DNA from: a phage
NCBI GenBank assembly: GCA_024682255.1
Contig: GCA_024682255.1_4716.1
Strand: one strand, 5' to 3'
DNA: 64,000 nt
Part shown: piece after piece, positions 27,134-36,156 of the stretch
How positions within the stretch are numbered: the stretch's first letter is position 1
Layout of the letters: the number at the start of each line of letters is the position of its first letter
Notes under the pieces: generated by a model
Seen by the model: the letters and a program-made list of their open reading frames with translations, nothing else
Told to the model about the DNA's origin: nothing
Databases searched by the model: none
Program-made: the position numbers and the translations under genes

Positions 27134-27918
27134 TCGTCAATATCTCCTTCTACAAACAGAGTCAATTTGATTTCAGGGTCATAGAACATAGTAATCACAT
27201 CATCCTGCTCTACTGAACGCTGTGCTGTCCATATTAACTGTTCATCCCGAATATCAAATTTATGTCGTTCGTCACTCACCACAGCTTCCGCATCAACGTA
27301 ATGGTAAACCTCACCGAGAGGATTCTCAATCCAACCGCGTACCATCAAACGTTCTTTTTGTTTACGTGTAAAGAAGCGATAAGGATCTTCGCACGTGCGC
27401 CACACGTCCCCGTTCTCGTTAACCAGCTCATCATAAACTTTAGAGAGTTCGTCAGGTACCGGAATCAAAATGTTATCTTGATAGTTAGACCAGAAACGAC
27501 GTACGTCTTGGATCAACTCATCGTCTGGGAGTTTAGTCGCTATGTTACTATAATCGATTTCAACAGTATCGATATCAGGACGGGTAAACGGAAGAGCGTC
27601 TAGATTTCCCACCATGACCTCGATACTATCATGATGAACACGAATCCATCCATCGAACCATCTATACCCATCAGCTTGATATAACGTTGTATGATAAGTG
27701 ACGACGTTAATGTCTTCGAACGATTCTAATAAGGCTTTAGCGGCTAAAAGCGGCGAAAAGTTCTTTGATTGTCCTGGTTTACGTATTTCTTCTTTGATGA
27801 ACAATTTACCAAGCGCCGGGTGTTCGATAACAAAACCACAGGAGAGCATGATGCTTCCTTGATAACGTGCTTCTTGCATTTTCCATTCCTTAAACAAAGT
27901 GTGTCTTTTACGCGACAT
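27130..27918 (-). CDS. Hypothetical protein (262 aa)
   Basis: ORF with 4-nt overlap to downstream gene. Confidence 0.6.
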   Translation of the reverse strand: MSRKRHTLFKEWKMQEARYQGSIMLSCGFVIEHPALGKLFIKEEIRKPGQSKNFSPLLAAKALLESFEDINVVTYHTTLYQADGYRWFDGWIRVHHDSIEVMVGNLDALPFTRPDIDTVEIDYSNIATKLPDDELIQDVRRFWSNYQDNILIPVPDELSKVYDELVNENGDVWRTCEDPYRFFTRKQKERLMVRGWIENPLGEVYHYVDAEAVVSDERHKFDIRDEQLIWTAQRSVEQDDVITMFYDPEIKLTLFVEGDIDE

Positions 27919-27955
27919 GATTACAAGTACACAGGTTACTGAATTTCTGTAAAAG

Positions 27956-28486
27956 TTAATGTTTGTTCTTTACGAACTCTATCGCCTCCAGAATACCAGC
28001 GTTTAATCGTTGACCGCGTTCCTCCATTGTCCCACCATCGCGATGTTTGAAATTAACCGAGTGGATATCCCAAGCCCAGTAATGTGTCTCCGGCGTGTCG
28101 TCTTCTTTGGTGGGATCGCTCAATCTGTTAACCCCAATTCGCCAAATATAATCAGCGGGTTGTCGTCGTAAGCATTCACCTATAGCGTCTATATAAGACA
28201 ACCCTTCGGTCGTCACAGCGACGACAACGTGTGGGTGTTTTTTGACTTCTTTGGTTGTTTGTTTGCCGTCCAATGTCACGCTGATCTTTTGAATTTCGTG
28301 TCCTTCGCACGACCATATCGGTGCAATACCTGGCGCATCTAACAACGCCTGGCATGCGGGTAATATACCAGGTTCAATGACTCCTTCCTTGATAGCCATC
28401 CATGCACGTTCTTTGAATTTCGCTAATTGTTCTTCGGTGACAACAAAAGAAAACATGATTACTCCTTTCTGGTTCTTCCCCTCCAC
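27956..28486 (-). CDS. Hypothetical protein (176 aa)
   Basis: ORF in minus operon. Confidence 0.55.
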   Translation of the reverse strand: MEGKNQKGVIMFSFVVTEEQLAKFKERAWMAIKEGVIEPGILPACQALLDAPGIAPIWSCEGHEIQKISVTLDGKQTTKEVKKHPHVVVAVTTEGLSYIDAIGECLRRQPADYIWRIGVNRLSDPTKEDDTPETHYWAWDIHSVNFKHRDGGTMEERGQRLNAGILEAIEFVKNKH

Positions 28487-28528
28487 AGCCTCAGGAAGAG
28501 AAGAACCGTTTGCTAAGTTGCTAAGTAA

Positions 28529-28786
28529 TTAAAATGCGTTGATTGGGTTGTTCAGCGCTTTATCGCGGATTTGAATCGCCGCCAGCATTGCTTTCTGGTA
28601 CGAATCGTAAGCATCAACAGAAACCGTCATATCAACCAATTTCTCTAATACGGATTCAGCCGCTTTTACGCGGATGCGGAACTTGGTGATGGCGTTATCT
28701 TTGTTACGATAAACCGTGATGTGGTGCAACGGTTGAACGTTAGTTTTATTCGTTTTAACGGATTTAGTTGCTTTGATCGTTTTCAT
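28529..28786 (-). CDS. Small basic protein (85 aa), possible DNA-binding
   Basis: ORF; Lys/Arg-rich N-terminus. Confidence 0.45.
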   Translation of the reverse strand: MKTIKATKSVKTNKTNVQPLHHITVYRNKDNAITKFRIRVKAAESVLEKLVDMTVSVDAYDSYQKAMLAAIQIRDKALNNPINAF

Positions 28787-28840
28787 GGTGATTTCCTTCT
28801 TTATTAGGATGATTACATTTAGTCAGTTTAACAGCATAAA

Positions 28841-28865
28841 CCCTTCCTGCCTTACGCAGGAAGGG
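28841..28865 (-). terminator. Terminator hairpin downstream of endolysin gene
   Basis: CCCTTCCTGC-CTTAC-GCAGGAAGGG preceded by CATAAA. Confidence 0.6.
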
Positions 28866-28879
28866 CATACGGATTTGTT

Positions 28880-29377
28880 TTACGTGTGTCGTCGTTTACC
28901 AAAGAAAATGTGACTGTCTACCACGGTGATATTGGTAGCATGTTTTCTGAAATGTTTAGGGCGAAGATGTTTCGCGTTAAAGAATACGGCTCCTCGTGTT
29001 GGGTCGGCTTTATGGTAAGCCGCAATGTCAATATAACGTAATGTTGCGACCTCTCGCGCTATTGCTCTTGCTCGCTCAAAAGCAGCATGATCGCGTATGA
29101 CAATACGCCTTTGTTTTGTCCAGGGGAATTGACCTCTTTGCAGTACGACGTCTTTGACGTTCGTAGGGAATCGGTAGTCCATAGATCGATTATGTATTAA
29201 AAACGCCACGGAGTATTGCCCTTTTACAGATTCGCCTCTGGCTTCCATATACACAGCACATGCGACGATCTCTTTCCGGCAATCGATTCTAGGTCCTGCG
29301 TTCACTGATGCTTGACTGAACGGTGTGATAAGCAACATAACAAGCCCTAAAATCAACGTGTGTAAAATACCTTGCAT
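28880..29377 (-). CDS. Secreted endolysin, SleB/CwlJ-like cell wall hydrolase (Hydrolase_2 family) with N-terminal signal peptide
   Basis: Signal peptide ending SQA-SV; motifs YMEARGES, VAFLIHNR, FPTNVKDVVLQRGQF, GAVFFNAKH matching SleB-type hydrolases; GAGGT RBS. Confidence 0.75.
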   Translation of the reverse strand: MQGILHTLILGLVMLLITPFSQASVNAGPRIDCRKEIVACAVYMEARGESVKGQYSVAFLIHNRSMDYRFPTNVKDVVLQRGQFPWTKQRRIVIRDHAAFERARAIAREVATLRYIDIAAYHKADPTRGAVFFNAKHLRPKHFRKHATNITVVDSHIFFGKRRHT

Positions 29378-29629
29378 CTTAATAACCTCACGATAAGGTG
29401 CTGTCCACTGGCGTCTTGATAACGCATCCCATCATCGGGTTGTTCTATTCAGCGGGCAGCAGGTTAGCGTCAGATGTTTGCCCGACATCCACGACAGAAA
29501 TAAGCGGTACTGAAATTACGGTCTCCTCTGGTTTGGCAATAAACATAACGTTGGATAACAGAACCCATTTCCCGCATCCAACGCGGTAAAGGTGTACATC
29601 GTTTGAATTCATATAGTTTCTCAAAGATG

Positions 29630-29950
29630 TTAACCTCTACCGTCAAGCCATAGGTTGTATTTATCCCGAACATACGGATCGCGATAAATACGTCGATAGA
29701 CTTGATGTGGTATAAACTTGCAATGTACGAGTTCATCGCTTAATTTATGCCGTCGTTCCACACCGTTGTGAATACGACGTATCTCCCGGATATTAAAGGT
29801 TGTTTTATTCAAGAGAATAGACATAATGGCGGATCGATGATCCAGATTAAAGATCGCCATCACGCTTCGTATCTCACGTAAAACAACTTCTCTATCGACA
29901 AGGATGCGATTAGTTAACTTAAGATTCTCCGTGATACCCATAACCTTCAT
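29630..29950 (-). CDS. Hypothetical protein (start uncertain) in lysis region
   Basis: ORF 29630-29998 overlaps upstream membrane-protein gene; internal start assumed. Confidence 0.3.
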   Translation of the reverse strand: MKVMGITENLKLTNRILVDREVVLREIRSVMAIFNLDHRSAIMSILLNKTTFNIREIRRIHNGVERRHKLSDELVHCKFIPHQVYRRIYRDPYVRDKYNLWLDGRG

Positions 29951-30290
29951 CCTCGACACGTCGACACATCGGTAAAAATAAACACCAGCTTGTTGCACTG
30001 AGGATCGCCGTTGCGATGATATTTGCGATATCGCTCAGTCGGGCATCGACCTGCCACATAACAAGCATAAAAAGAACGTATGCGAACCCATACACGACAA
30101 ACCGTCTGATGTTACGCGTCGACCACGTACAAATATACAAAAGGGGAAGCTGCCCTATAACACAAACGATGGTTCGGATAACGTAATAAACGCGTTCCGT
30201 CGTTGTTTCAAAATCGATATTCGTTGCAGAAATCCCGATCATTATAAAAGTGAAAATGAAATAGATTTTTGCGTATGTCTTTAAACTCAT
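29919..30290 (-). CDS. Multi-pass membrane protein (123 aa), holin or antiholin candidate
   Basis: Three to four hydrophobic helices; adjacent to holin-like gene and upstream of endolysin. Confidence 0.5.
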   Translation of the reverse strand: MSLKTYAKIYFIFTFIMIGISATNIDFETTTERVYYVIRTIVCVIGQLPLLYICTWSTRNIRRFVVYGFAYVLFMLVMWQVDARLSDIANIIATAILSATSWCLFLPMCRRVEDEGYGYHGES

Positions 30291-30306
30291 GGCTTTTCCC
30301 GATCGT

Positions 30307-30540
30307 TTATTTGTGTTTTCCTACATTCCTCAACAAGGTAACGATAACGAATACCGCTATCATCAAGAAGACGAACCATAACCCTACGTTAATTCGGGCG
30401 GCTGGTACATCCACCATGAAGAACATCGTCCCACAAAACCCAATGACTATCCATGCTAGAACCATCCCTGTTAATCCCCGCAGCAACTTAAGCCAGATCA
30501 TAAACTTCTCCTTACTTTTTCTGATAAAGCGATGATTCAA
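30307..30540 (-). CDS. Small membrane protein with two TM helices (holin-like)
   Basis: Hydrophobic segments LTGMVLAWIVIGFCGTMFFMV and VGLWFVFLMIAVFVIVTLL, basic C-terminus. Confidence 0.5.
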   Translation of the reverse strand: MNHRFIRKSKEKFMIWLKLLRGLTGMVLAWIVIGFCGTMFFMVDVPAARINVGLWFVFLMIAVFVIVTLLRNVGKHK

Positions 30541-30674
30541 ATTTTAGAAACATCCCTAATGCGAATGCGAGTAATAACGCACGTATCCACATACCTCCTT
30601 GACAACTGTTGTACAACATAAAGACCAGAGCGATGCCGCCCATATGCAGGCGGCACTTATCGAACAGTGTTGGT

Positions 30675-30902
30675 TTATACATAAGAGATCAATCGTTGAA
30701 TGATTTTTACTTTGCCTTTACCTGGGCCTTTCTTGCGGCGATTCAACAGACGGATACTGTTTCCAGTTACGGTGTCGCCATCATAATCAGCCCGGAACTG
30801 TGATAAAAAAGCAGGTTGTATCTGATCGACACCAGGATTGCTGTAGAAAGGATTGAGACTTAAAAGAGGGTTAGCTGGAATCATCGTATCGTCCTTACTC
30901 AA
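30675..30902 (-). CDS. Hypothetical small protein (75 aa)
   Basis: ORF immediately downstream of 30903-31253. Confidence 0.35.
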   Translation of the reverse strand: MSKDDTMIPANPLLSLNPFYSNPGVDQIQPAFLSQFRADYDGDTVTGNSIRLLNRRKKGPGKGKVKIIQRLISYV

Positions 30903-31253
30903 TTATTTACCCAGATAGAGGTATTCACCACCCTGAACAACACCGGTTGCTGGATCAACAAGTATACGAACCCGCGCGTAGGTCTTGAAAGAGGGGTTGA
31001 AGACTTCGAAGTCTGCCACTTTCAATTTCACGCTGGGGTTGGTAGGGTTCTTAACTCCGGGAAGTTCTTTCGGGGTACCGAAATCAACACCACATTCTTC
31101 AAGGTCTGCTGGCGTCATGCTCTCCATGGCCATGTAGATTGCTTTTGCTTTATCGTAAACTTCCGGGCTATCCAGCAACCCAGCCTGTGCTGAACCGACA
31201 ACACTACCGAACAGAATAGCAACAGCAACAAACAATTTAGTTAACGTTTTCAT
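30903..31253 (-). CDS. Secreted periplasmic protein (116 aa)
   Basis: Signal peptide MKTLTKLFVAVAILFGSVVGSAQA. Confidence 0.6.
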   Translation of the reverse strand: MKTLTKLFVAVAILFGSVVGSAQAGLLDSPEVYDKAKAIYMAMESMTPADLEECGVDFGTPKELPGVKNPTNPSVKLKVADFEVFNPSFKTYARVRILVDPATGVVQGGEYLYLGK

Positions 31254-31289
31254 GATATTTTCCTCGAAAGTAAAATGTTACAATACCTA

Positions 31290-31712
31290 TTAACGTACGG
31301 CCGCTACGCTGTTAGCGCATGCCTGAATATCATCGGTATTTACGATGATGGTTTCGTTAAACGCACGAATACGCGCACGACGTGCTTCTTTAAGGCTGGC
31401 GATTGCGCTAGCAGCTTGATCTGTATTCGCAAGGCTAATAACCGGGATCAAACGCATATCGGGACTGCAGATATTCAATGCTTGGTATACACGTCCATTG
31501 ATTCCTACGGTATCAGACATCGGATAGTGCGCACGGCATTGAAATTGACCCATGACAACAAGCGAACGATCGGAGATACCAATCTGATAACGACCGTCTT
31601 CGCTGTAGGCGTAACAGTTATTCCCACGAGCCATCCAGTTAGCCTGTGCTTGCGTGCTAACAAAAGCCAGAGTGGTGACGATAGCGAATGCGATATTTTT
31701 GAACAGTTTCAT
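31290..31712 (-). CDS. Secreted periplasmic protein (140 aa)
   Basis: Signal peptide MKLFKNIAFAIVTTLAFVSTQAQA. Confidence 0.6.
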   Translation of the reverse strand: MKLFKNIAFAIVTTLAFVSTQAQANWMARGNNCYAYSEDGRYQIGISDRSLVVMGQFQCRAHYPMSDTVGINGRVYQALNICSPDMRLIPVISLANTDQAASAIASLKEARRARIRAFNETIIVNTDDIQACANSVAAVR

Positions 31713-31772
31713 GATAAAGATCCTCGTTGAAATAAAATCGGTATAAAGGCCCCCCCATTTAGGGGGACCTGA

Positions 31773-32090
31773 TTAGTTTGCACGTAAGAAATGACCCAGA
31801 ACCGTTACGATTGGAAACAGCCCTGTAACAGTATCATCGCCCGAAAACATCATCATTGTTCCGTTAACGGTGATGAAACGGATGTCGGTTGCGGACCCAT
31901 CGATAGCGACAAAACGCATCGAGTTCGGTGGAAGGTCCTCAACAACTTCCACGAGATACTCGCGATTATCAAAGGCTTCTTTAACACGACGCATGAAACG
32001 AATCAATGTTCCTTCCGCGTCGGCTTCCAAATGACCTAAGATATCGCGATTATTACGAATAGCGAATACAGCCATTTTAAACATACTCAT
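31773..32090 (-). CDS. Hypothetical protein (105 aa)
   Basis: ORF with conserved leader ATCCAATATAAAAGGATGTCAAG before ATG; terminator 31748-31769 downstream. Confidence 0.55.
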   Translation of the reverse strand: MSMFKMAVFAIRNNRDILGHLEADAEGTLIRFMRRVKEAFDNREYLVEVVEDLPPNSMRFVAIDGSATDIRFITVNGTMMMFSGDDTVTGLFPIVTVLGHFLRAN

Positions 32091-32156
32091 CTTGACATCC
32101 TTTTATATTGGATTGGTTGCTAATAATTCAAGGTGAAGCTGATTACTGCATTGCTT

Positions 32157-32180
32157 CACCTAAGTAATATAGCCGTGAAA
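32157..32180. promoter_or_regulatory. Conserved 24-nt intergenic motif CACCTAAGTAATATAGCCGTGAAA (copy 1)
   Basis: Near-identical copy at 60177-60200; both upstream of minus-strand gene starts. Confidence 0.4.
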
Positions 32181-32198
32181 ATTAATGTATTAACCTAT

Positions 32199-33155
32199 TC
32201 ACGCTTTTGCTAAGTAGGGTTGGATCTCATTAATCCGTTTAACCACAACCTCAGGGAAAAGTTTGAGTATTTTATCAGGTGGTATTGAACCTTCCGTCCA
32301 ACGATAGCGTTCAACCATCTCAATGCGTGGACTCCCTCCGACGTCAGCGATACGAAAGATACAGGCGATGCCTAAATCGAAGCATACGCTGTAAATATCT
32401 TCCGTACCTCCTTTATCAGCAAGTATTTTCGCAAAATGCTCGTTATCGGGAAGAATGGCTAAATTACGGATACACCAAACATTATTCCCCATTTCTTCAA
32501 GTTTTGGGTAGGTTAAAGTGTGCCCGTATTGCGTTAACCATCGATGATTTTCGAGGTAGAAGTCCTTATCCCCTGGCCGATAACCCAGTATCACTCCCGT
32601 GTAGAAGAGATTGGGCATATCAAGCAGTTCTTGCACTGTCGGGCCGGTATGCTCCCAAAGACAGATTTGTTTACGGTCTATATCGTAATCTGTGACGTTA
32701 CTCACCTCCCAACTTATCGTAAGTTCATCGGCAACGTGCCAACCTAAAGCGTGTTCGCCGCCAAGCAGATTAACAATGGTTGACACTTCATACTTGTCAA
32801 ATACGCCTAAATTACGCGGTGGTTGCATCGTACGTAATGGCTCCCACAGCACACTGTAATCATAGAGCAAATGGCGACATAAACTTTTTGTTAGGGGCGT
32901 CTGTTCAGTGAACAGGGGAAGAATCACCGTATCCAATAACGGGCGTAACGGATGACCATCCGCTGGTAACGGGGCAGCCAGCCGACCTCCTTCTTTGGGG
33001 TAATCGAGACCAAACCCGTAACGCTCCGAAATGAGCGCAATCAACACTTTTGCTACGCGGTTACGTAGCATGCGATGGATATCATCACTGTAACTGAATT
33101 TCGGTTTATTACCGCAAACGAAGGTGAAGTATCTGGGCGTTAGCACAGCCATCAT
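32199..33155 (-). CDS. Hypothetical protein (318 aa)
   Basis: Long ORF. Confidence 0.65.
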   Translation of the reverse strand: MMAVLTPRYFTFVCGNKPKFSYSDDIHRMLRNRVAKVLIALISERYGFGLDYPKEGGRLAAPLPADGHPLRPLLDTVILPLFTEQTPLTKSLCRHLLYDYSVLWEPLRTMQPPRNLGVFDKYEVSTIVNLLGGEHALGWHVADELTISWEVSNVTDYDIDRKQICLWEHTGPTVQELLDMPNLFYTGVILGYRPGDKDFYLENHRWLTQYGHTLTYPKLEEMGNNVWCIRNLAILPDNEHFAKILADKGGTEDIYSVCFDLGIACIFRIADVGGSPRIEMVERYRWTEGSIPPDKILKLFPEVVVKRINEIQPYLAKA

Positions 33156-33162
33156 CTTTCCC

Positions 33163-33609
33163 TCAATCTAAATAGTACGTGATGGATAGGTCTTTTCCAT
33201 CGAATACAATATCCGTGCAGTCGTGAATGGTCGGTAATACCATTTTTGCTGCTATTGGGACGTATGCCTGCAGTTCCATGTAGTTATTCATACGGAACGC
33301 ACGACGCACCATCAACGGCGTTAATGTAAACGTTACGCTGACGTTACCGCTTGGGAGTAGGTGCATTATCGCATGCCCGTGATCACACCAGCAATGGTTT
33401 TCGATCCATCCGGTGTAAATCAGAATGTCTTTATTCTCGTCGTAATAAGCAATGCCTGACTGCTTTAAGTGGCTGGTAAACCGAGAGGCTTGCTCGTAGC
33501 CTGCGCGCAACATTCGAGCAACCAGTCGAGTATTGTTAGCGATTCGATTCTGTTCGTTGGTTTTTGTGGTTTTGAAAATTTCGATACGTTCTGCTTTTGT
33601 AATTTGCAT
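33163..33609 (-). CDS. Hypothetical protein (148 aa)
   Basis: ORF in minus operon. Confidence 0.6.
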   Translation of the reverse strand: MQITKAERIEIFKTTKTNEQNRIANNTRLVARMLRAGYEQASRFTSHLKQSGIAYYDENKDILIYTGWIENHCWCDHGHAIMHLLPSGNVSVTFTLTPLMVRRAFRMNNYMELQAYVPIAAKMVLPTIHDCTDIVFDGKDLSITYYLD

Positions 33610-33686
33610 GGTTACTGTCCTATTGCATTGTGTTTAGATAAGGAGGATTTACCCGGTATTAAAAAGTTATTTGGTGTGTAATGTTT

Positions 33687-34286
33687 TTACTTAGGTTCCA
33701 GTATTGGTCCGAACAACCAGAATGTCAGGCGCTGGTAAACCTGTTCGATGACTGCGGCTTCTGTTTGTTCTTCTAGTGCTTTCCCTTTCTTATGTTGTAT
33801 TTCTGGCGGGATGTCGCCGTTGTAAACATACCCTGTTGAGAAGTCCCACGCCAACCGTTTACCGAAAGTGGGTAAGAACACCTCTTCGAATCGGAACGCT
33901 TTCGAATTCCAATGAAGCAGCTGATCGGATTCAACATGTAAAGCTTTATTACGTTTGCTTGGCATGTTTCCGAAGTACTGAACGATAGCTGATTTCATAA
34001 CCTGATCTGCGAAGTCTTTAGCTTCGGCCTCATCGAGGGGAGGCAGACGATGTGATAGATTCAGCTTGCGTTGTTCAACATCAATCTTACGCATCGCTTT
34101 AATCAAATCACCAGGAACGATTTTACCCTTATGGCCTTCCTGTCGGTGTACGAAACACCCCTGGAATAACACGCAAAGTTCTTGAGGCGCGCTGCTTTCC
34201 ATTCGTCCGTAAGCAACGATCACCGATCGACGACGATCGATAACTTCGCGGATAAACCGCGGCTCAGTAATACTCACCACTGTCAT
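33687..34286 (-). CDS. Hypothetical protein (199 aa)
   Basis: ORF in minus operon. Confidence 0.6.
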   Translation of the reverse strand: MTVVSITEPRFIREVIDRRRSVIVAYGRMESSAPQELCVLFQGCFVHRQEGHKGKIVPGDLIKAMRKIDVEQRKLNLSHRLPPLDEAEAKDFADQVMKSAIVQYFGNMPSKRNKALHVESDQLLHWNSKAFRFEEVFLPTFGKRLAWDFSTGYVYNGDIPPEIQHKKGKALEEQTEAAVIEQVYQRLTFWLFGPILEPK

Positions 34287-34330
34287 TTAAAGCCCTCTTT
34301 ATCTTTTTCCATTTCTCTTTACATAACCAC

Positions 34331-35017
34331 TTAAGACGTTGCCATCTTATCTTCCAGAGACTTCTTCGGTAAACCATGGATAACTCCTTCCGGGGTTAAG
34401 AACACACAGTCTGGATTCTGCGTTCGTGAACGGTCGTCTGGACTGTTCAACGAAAACAGCAATGCAGAAATACCTTTTGTCCGATTTAACGTTGCGACGA
34501 TCACGTCAAGCTGCCGTAGCGCATCCGATACGGTTCGATGAGGAACGATTCGTGACTGTTTGAAGCTGGCTAACCGCCAAGTCTCGAACAAACAACGCAG
34601 TTTAAACACGTCGGACGGAATAGCTGTAGATCCCTGTTCAATAACCTCAACCCGATCCGCTTCAGGATAACCTACAGCAACCGCACTAAAGTGTCTTACC
34701 CCATTATGAAAATCATCGATAGACGCTTCAGCGTATTTACATACCGTGCCAGAAACGACCATCACTTTTGCTAAACCGCGATAATTGATCGTTAACGGAA
34801 TACGAAATACGCGTAAAGCATGTTCCGGATTTAATGAGACGTCATTCACTTTCGCAGATACCAACGCACCTCGTTCATATCGAGCTTTGAACGGCAGCCC
34901 ATTATAAACAGGATTGATCACAACGCCCCCTGGGGAGGCGTTAGCGTTAAGATGAATGTTAAGCCAATCGGATACTTCCTGTCTGCTGGTTACGATTAAC
35001 ATAAAACGGTCCTCCAT
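34331..35017 (-). CDS. Hypothetical protein (about 228 aa)
   Basis: ORF 34331-35056; start placed at ATG 35017 with GAAGGAAAAG RBS to avoid overlap. Confidence 0.55.
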   Translation of the reverse strand: MEDRFMLIVTSRQEVSDWLNIHLNANASPGGVVINPVYNGLPFKARYERGALVSAKVNDVSLNPEHALRVFRIPLTINYRGLAKVMVVSGTVCKYAEASIDDFHNGVRHFSAVAVGYPEADRVEVIEQGSTAIPSDVFKLRCLFETWRLASFKQSRIVPHRTVSDALRQLDVIVATLNRTKGISALLFSLNSPDDRSRTQNPDCVFLTPEGVIHGLPKKSLEDKMATS

Positions 35018-35027
35018 TTCTTTTCCT

Positions 35028-35678
35028 TCATTCATGGCGCATATCTTCCAAATCATCCTTTTGTTTTGTAAATTCTGATTGCTTGCGATAAACCTCCCAT
35101 GAGTCGTATATACCGTAAAAGTTCAAATGGCGTGCATTTAAGTTCACAGTAAATTCTTCCACAGAGGCAAAATCCGAACGAAGCATCGAATGGAAGGTGT
35201 CATCTCCAGTGCAGCCTCCGTATCCTTCACCCTGATAGACCAAAAGCTGGTGAGGTTGGATACGTGCGGCAACCAATGCGGCTTGTGGTTCGTCGTAAGG
35301 TGGCCATGACAGTAGAATAACGTCGTACTGTGAAAGATCGATGTTTGTGTAGTCGGCTTGCTGAATGTCCTCGATAAACGGGTGGGGATGTAATTCCGTA
35401 TCGTAAGCGGCAATGTCCTCAACACCAAGTTTACGCAACACATAGGTCAGGTAACCTGTCCCACAACCCAGGTCAGCAACACGTCGCCCGTAACAGATGT
35501 TCGCTAACTGGAGCGCGGTATCCATGGTTAACAACGACCATCCGACGTGTTGGGTATATTCTTCACGCACAATCCATTGTTGATGGTGCGTCATCGGTTC
35601 TAAGATAGCAGCAAGCTGCTGGTACGCCAACGGCATTTTGGTTTCGCCTTGCGTGAGTAATGCAATAACATCGTTCAT
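35028..35678 (-). CDS. Class I SAM-dependent methyltransferase (about 216 aa)
   Basis: Motif I VADLGCGTGYLT; downstream LLSWPPYDEP resembling an xPPY catalytic motif; start at ATG 35678 after hairpin. Confidence 0.6.
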   Translation of the reverse strand: MNDVIALLTQGETKMPLAYQQLAAILEPMTHHQQWIVREEYTQHVGWSLLTMDTALQLANICYGRRVADLGCGTGYLTYVLRKLGVEDIAAYDTELHPHPFIEDIQQADYTNIDLSQYDVILLSWPPYDEPQAALVAARIQPHQLLVYQGEGYGGCTGDDTFHSMLRSDFASVEEFTVNLNARHLNFYGIYDSWEVYRKQSEFTKQKDDLEDMRHE

Positions 35679-35701
35679 TTTGTTTCCTTTTATCGGCATA
35701 A

Positions 35702-35722
35702 GCCCTCCCATGCCGGGAGGGT
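35702..35722 (-). terminator. Terminator-like hairpin
   Basis: GCCCTCCC-ATGCC-GGGAGGGT preceded by CATAA. Confidence 0.55.
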
Positions 35723-35726
35723 ACAA

Positions 35727-36155
35727 TTATTCATTTTCAATAACTTTAAGATTCGGTGTACCGAGCGTTTTCTTCACCAACGCCTCGGCAACACGTTTCT
35801 CGATGAAATCGGTCGCATTGCTTCCGTCTATCGTGCGCATGTCACCACGGAAGTTATTGAAGACCATAAACAAGTCACAACCGTCGATAGGTATCGCAAG
35901 ATCATAACTGACTTGTGATGCTGTGAAATGGACACCCACGACAACGGCGGGAACGAATTTAACCGCTGTGTTATCTCCTTCTTCTCCGGTTCCGAACGGA
36001 AGCTCAACACGATCACCGATAGAGAACTGTGAGACATCATTAATCGCGTGAGTTAGTGCGATTCGTTGCATGTCGGCGATCTTTTCCTTATTCGCGTCGC
36101 AAGGTAGGTTCAAGACTTCTTCCAACGTGAAGAATTTACGATCGAACCAGCTCAT
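35727..36155 (-). CDS. Hypothetical protein (142 aa)
   Basis: ORF immediately downstream of GNAT gene. Confidence 0.6.
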   Translation of the reverse strand: MSWFDRKFFTLEEVLNLPCDANKEKIADMQRIALTHAINDVSQFSIGDRVELPFGTGEEGDNTAVKFVPAVVVGVHFTASQVSYDLAIPIDGCDLFMVFNNFRGDMRTIDGSNATDFIEKRVAEALVKKTLGTPNLKVIENE

Positions 36156-36156
36156 G

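Noticed and set aside
29398-29736. ORFs 29398-29589 (+) and 29470-29736 (-) between endolysin and membrane-protein genes
   Set aside because: Mutually overlapping short ORFs without RBS support; one poorly defined gene (reported as 29630-29950) probably occupies this interval
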